The notes under the pieces: generated by a model
Told to the model about the DNA's origin: nothing
Databases searched by the model: none
Seen by the model: the letters and a program-made list of their open reading frames with translations, nothing else
Assembly: GCF_006345805.1 (NCBI RefSeq)
Contig: NC_042997.1
Span: forward strand, 210,552,001 to 210,616,000
DNA length: 64,000 nucleotides
Source of the DNA: Octopus sinensis
Lineage: Eukaryota
Direction: 5' to 3'
Shown here: piece by piece, positions 61,077 through 64,000 of the stretch
Position numbering within the stretch: the stretch's first letter is position 1
How the letters are laid out: every line of letters begins with the position of its first letter
Program-made: the position numbers and the translations under genes

Positions 61077-64000
61077 AATGCCAAAACCTTCCCAGGCGAA
61101 GAATGTACTCCCCAACATAGATTAGTAGTTAGCGACTTCAGGATCAGAGCTAAATGGTTGCCCAGAAGAAGACCAGCTTGGAGGAGAAGGGTCTGGAAGC
61201 TTAAAGATCCTGCAAATGGACAGAGATTTAGAGACATACTACTCGAAGCCTCTGACGAAATAGAAGGGGATATAGCTTCACTTAATGTGGAAGACAACTG
61301 GAGATTCCTACGGGACAATCTGCTGACAGCCACTGACCAGATCTGTGGATGGAGCAAAGTACCATCTCGACCCAGAGTAACATGGTGGTGGAACACTGTG
61401 GTTGACAGGGCTATTAGACAAAAGAGACAGGCTTGGAAGGACTGGAAGAACGGTGGTAGCAGGGAATTGTATCAGACAGCCAAAAGGGAAGCTAGGAGAC
61501 AGGTTTATTTAGCCAGAGGGGAAGCGGATAAGAAAAAATTTGCCAATGTTCTGAGCGTGAGGATGAAAGACTTGAGGTATTTCGTGTTGCAAGACAGTGT
61601 GTGAGAGAGAATCGTGATGTGGTAGGAGAGAAGTGTGTTCGCATGGATGATGGTTCACTTGCGCTAAATGAGGATGCAAAGAGAGAGGTTTGGAGATGCC
61701 ACTATGAAAGGTTGCTGAATAAAGAAAATGAATGGGATAAAGAGAGTCTGCCGAATGTTGACCCAACAGAGGGACCAGCTATCCGAGTTGATAGTTCCGT
61801 GGTAGCTAAGGCAATTAGAAGCATGAAGACAGGGAAAGCCCCAGGCCCATCAGGAATTACTGCAGAGATGCTCAAAATATCTGGCAGTGTCGGCTATAAC
61901 CTAGTCACCCGTATAGTCAACCAGGTGATACACGAAGGAGTCATACCCAATGACTGGTGTAGCAGCATACTAGTCAACTGCTACAAAGGTAAAGGTGATG
62001 CCCTGGATACAAATAATTACAGAGGTATCAAGCTGTTGGATCAGGTAATGAAGTTACGGAGAGGGTCATAGCCCAACTAATTAGAGAGAGAGTTAGTTTA
62101 GATGAGATGCAGTTTGGGTTTGTCCCAGGGAAAAGCACCACTGATGCTATATTCCTGGTAAGGCAGCTGCAGGAGAAATACCTAGCCAAAGATAAGCCCC
62201 TGTACCTGGCTTTCGTTGACATGGAGAAAGCCTTTGATAGGGTCCCCCGATCCCTCATCTGGTGGTCAATGAGGAAACTAGGGATAGATGAATGGCTGGT
62301 GAGGGCTGTGCAAGCCATGTACAGAGATGCCGTAAGTAAGGTTAGAGTTGGCAGCATGTACACAGAAGAATTCAAGGTAGAGGTTGGGGTCCACCAGGGT
62401 TCAGTACTCAGCCCCCTCCTATTTATCATAGTCCTCCAGGCAATTGTGGAGGAATTCAAGACAGGTTGCCCCTGGGAGCTCCTCTATGCTGACGACCTCG
62501 CTCTAATCGCTGAGTCACTATCAGAACTGGAGGAGAAGTTCCAGGTGTGGAAGGAGGGTTTAGAATCGAGGGGCCTTAGAGTCAACCTAGCTAAAACCAA
62601 AGTACTAATAAGTAGAAAGTTAGAAAATCCACAAATATCCTCAGGAAGATGGCCCTGCTCGATCTGTAGAAAAGGTGTAGGTAGAAACTCTATAAGATGT
62701 ACCCAGTGTAAGCTATGGACACATAAGAGGTGCAGCAATGTCAAAGGTAGGCTAACTGGGAAGATAGTTTTGTATGTGGCAGATGCTCTGGAGCATTGAC
62801 CTCCGAAAATCTGCAGAAAACAACTTCCGTCACTTTACGGGGGAAAAACTAGAAGTAGTTGATAGCTTCCGCTATCTAGGTGACCAAGTCAGTAGTGGGG
62901 GCGGGTGCGCTGAAAGTGTAACTGCTAGAATAAGAATAGCCTGGGCAAAGTTTAGGGAGCTCTTACCTCTGCTGGTGACTAAAGGCCTCTCGCTCAGAGT
63001 AAAAGGCAGACTGTATGATGCATGTGTACGAACAGCTATGCTACATGGCAGTGAAACATGGGCCGTGACTGCTGAGGACATGCGTAAGCTTGTGAGGAAC
63101 GAAGCCAGTATGCTCCGATGGATGTGTAATGTCAGTGTACTTACTCGACAGAGCGTTAGTACCTTGAGAGAAATGTTGTACCTAAGAAATATCAGTTGTT
63201 GTGTGCAAGAGAGACGATTGCGCTGGTATGGTCATGTGGCGAGAATGGATGAAGATAGGTGTGTGAGAAAGTGCCAATCCCTAGCAGTTGAGGGAACCCG
63301 TGGAAGAGGTAGACCCAGGAAAACCTGGGACGAAGTGGTGAAGCACGACCTTCGGACGTTAGGTCTCACCATGGAAATGACTAGAGACCGAGACCTATGG
63401 AAGTATGCTGTGCGTGAGAAGACCCGGCAAGACTAGTGAAGCCATAATCCGTGGCCCCTACCTGGGACGTAGTCAGTCCACCTGTGCATACCTTCCTTCT
63501 TGTGACACTTGTGAAGACCTGTTGAGGCAAGTGAGAATCGAATCAAATCAAATCAAATCAAATCGAACCAAATCAAAATAGATGAACATCAATGGAATTT
63601 GTATCCTTGTGGTACCAGTGCCGGTGGCACATAAGAAAACCATCCGAACGTGATCGTAGCCAGTACCGCAACGACTGGCCTCCGTGCTGAGGGCACATAA
63701 CAAACACCATCCGAGCGTGGCCGTCCGCCAGCCCCGTCTGGCACCTGTGTCGGTGACACATAAGAAAACACCATCCGAGTGTGGCCGTCAGCCAGCCTCG
63801 TCTGGCACCTGTGTCGGTGGCACATAAAAAAACACCATCCGAGCGTGGCCGTCTGCCAGCCTCGTCTGGCACCTGTGTCGGTGGCACATAAAATCACCCA
63901 CTACACTCTCGGAGTGGTTGGCGTTAGGAAGGGCATCCAGCTGTAGAAACACTGCCAGATCTGACTGGCCTGGTGCAGCCTTCGGGCTTGCCAGACCCCA
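61077..64000 (+). mobile_element. RTE-clade LINE, 5'-truncated, three frameshifts, runs off the window
   Basis: End of APE domain (PGEECTPQHRLVVSDF), RT (GVHQGSVLSPLLF, LLYADD at 62485), C4HC3 finger, C-terminus (stop 63436), then 3' UTR array. Frameshifts near 61550, 62055 and 62770. Confidence 0.95.

Noticed and set aside
63620-63900. Repeat-spacer pattern resembling a CRISPR array (also 24290-24610, 44900-45120)
   Set aside because: Spacers are homologous to one another, the array is the 3' UTR of a LINE, there are no cas genes, and the context is eukaryotic.

Overview
AT-rich, repeat-saturated eukaryotic DNA. The SINE families, microsatellite load and LINE spectrum point to an octopus (coleoid cephalopod) genome; this is inferred from repeat content only. 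No host protein-coding gene could be identified with confidence, and almost all ORFs in the track are microsatellite or repeat artefacts. Solid features are one tRNA-Gln(CTG) gene (53074-53145), a 5'-truncated CR1-group LINE with an uninterrupted 633-codon reverse-transcriptase ORF (36843-38744), and a frameshifted RTE LINE with a PHD-type finger (61077-64000) whose (GAT)n-tailed 3' UTR is scattered in many truncated copies. Also present are remnants of Tx1, Hero/RLE, BovB-like RTE, Penelope, Gypsy, mariner DD34D and maT DD37D elements, non-autonomous Helitrons, 9-bp-TSD MITEs and at least four tRNA-headed SINE families. The items most worth checking are the intact, compositionally distinct CR1 (horizontal-transfer candidate), hammerhead-ribozyme-like motifs including a family with a recurrent CCGAUGA core, a MITE inside telomere-like repeats, a Tx1 flanked by (TC)n on both sides, and several long palindromes. 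I did not find a convincing novel multi-gene system.
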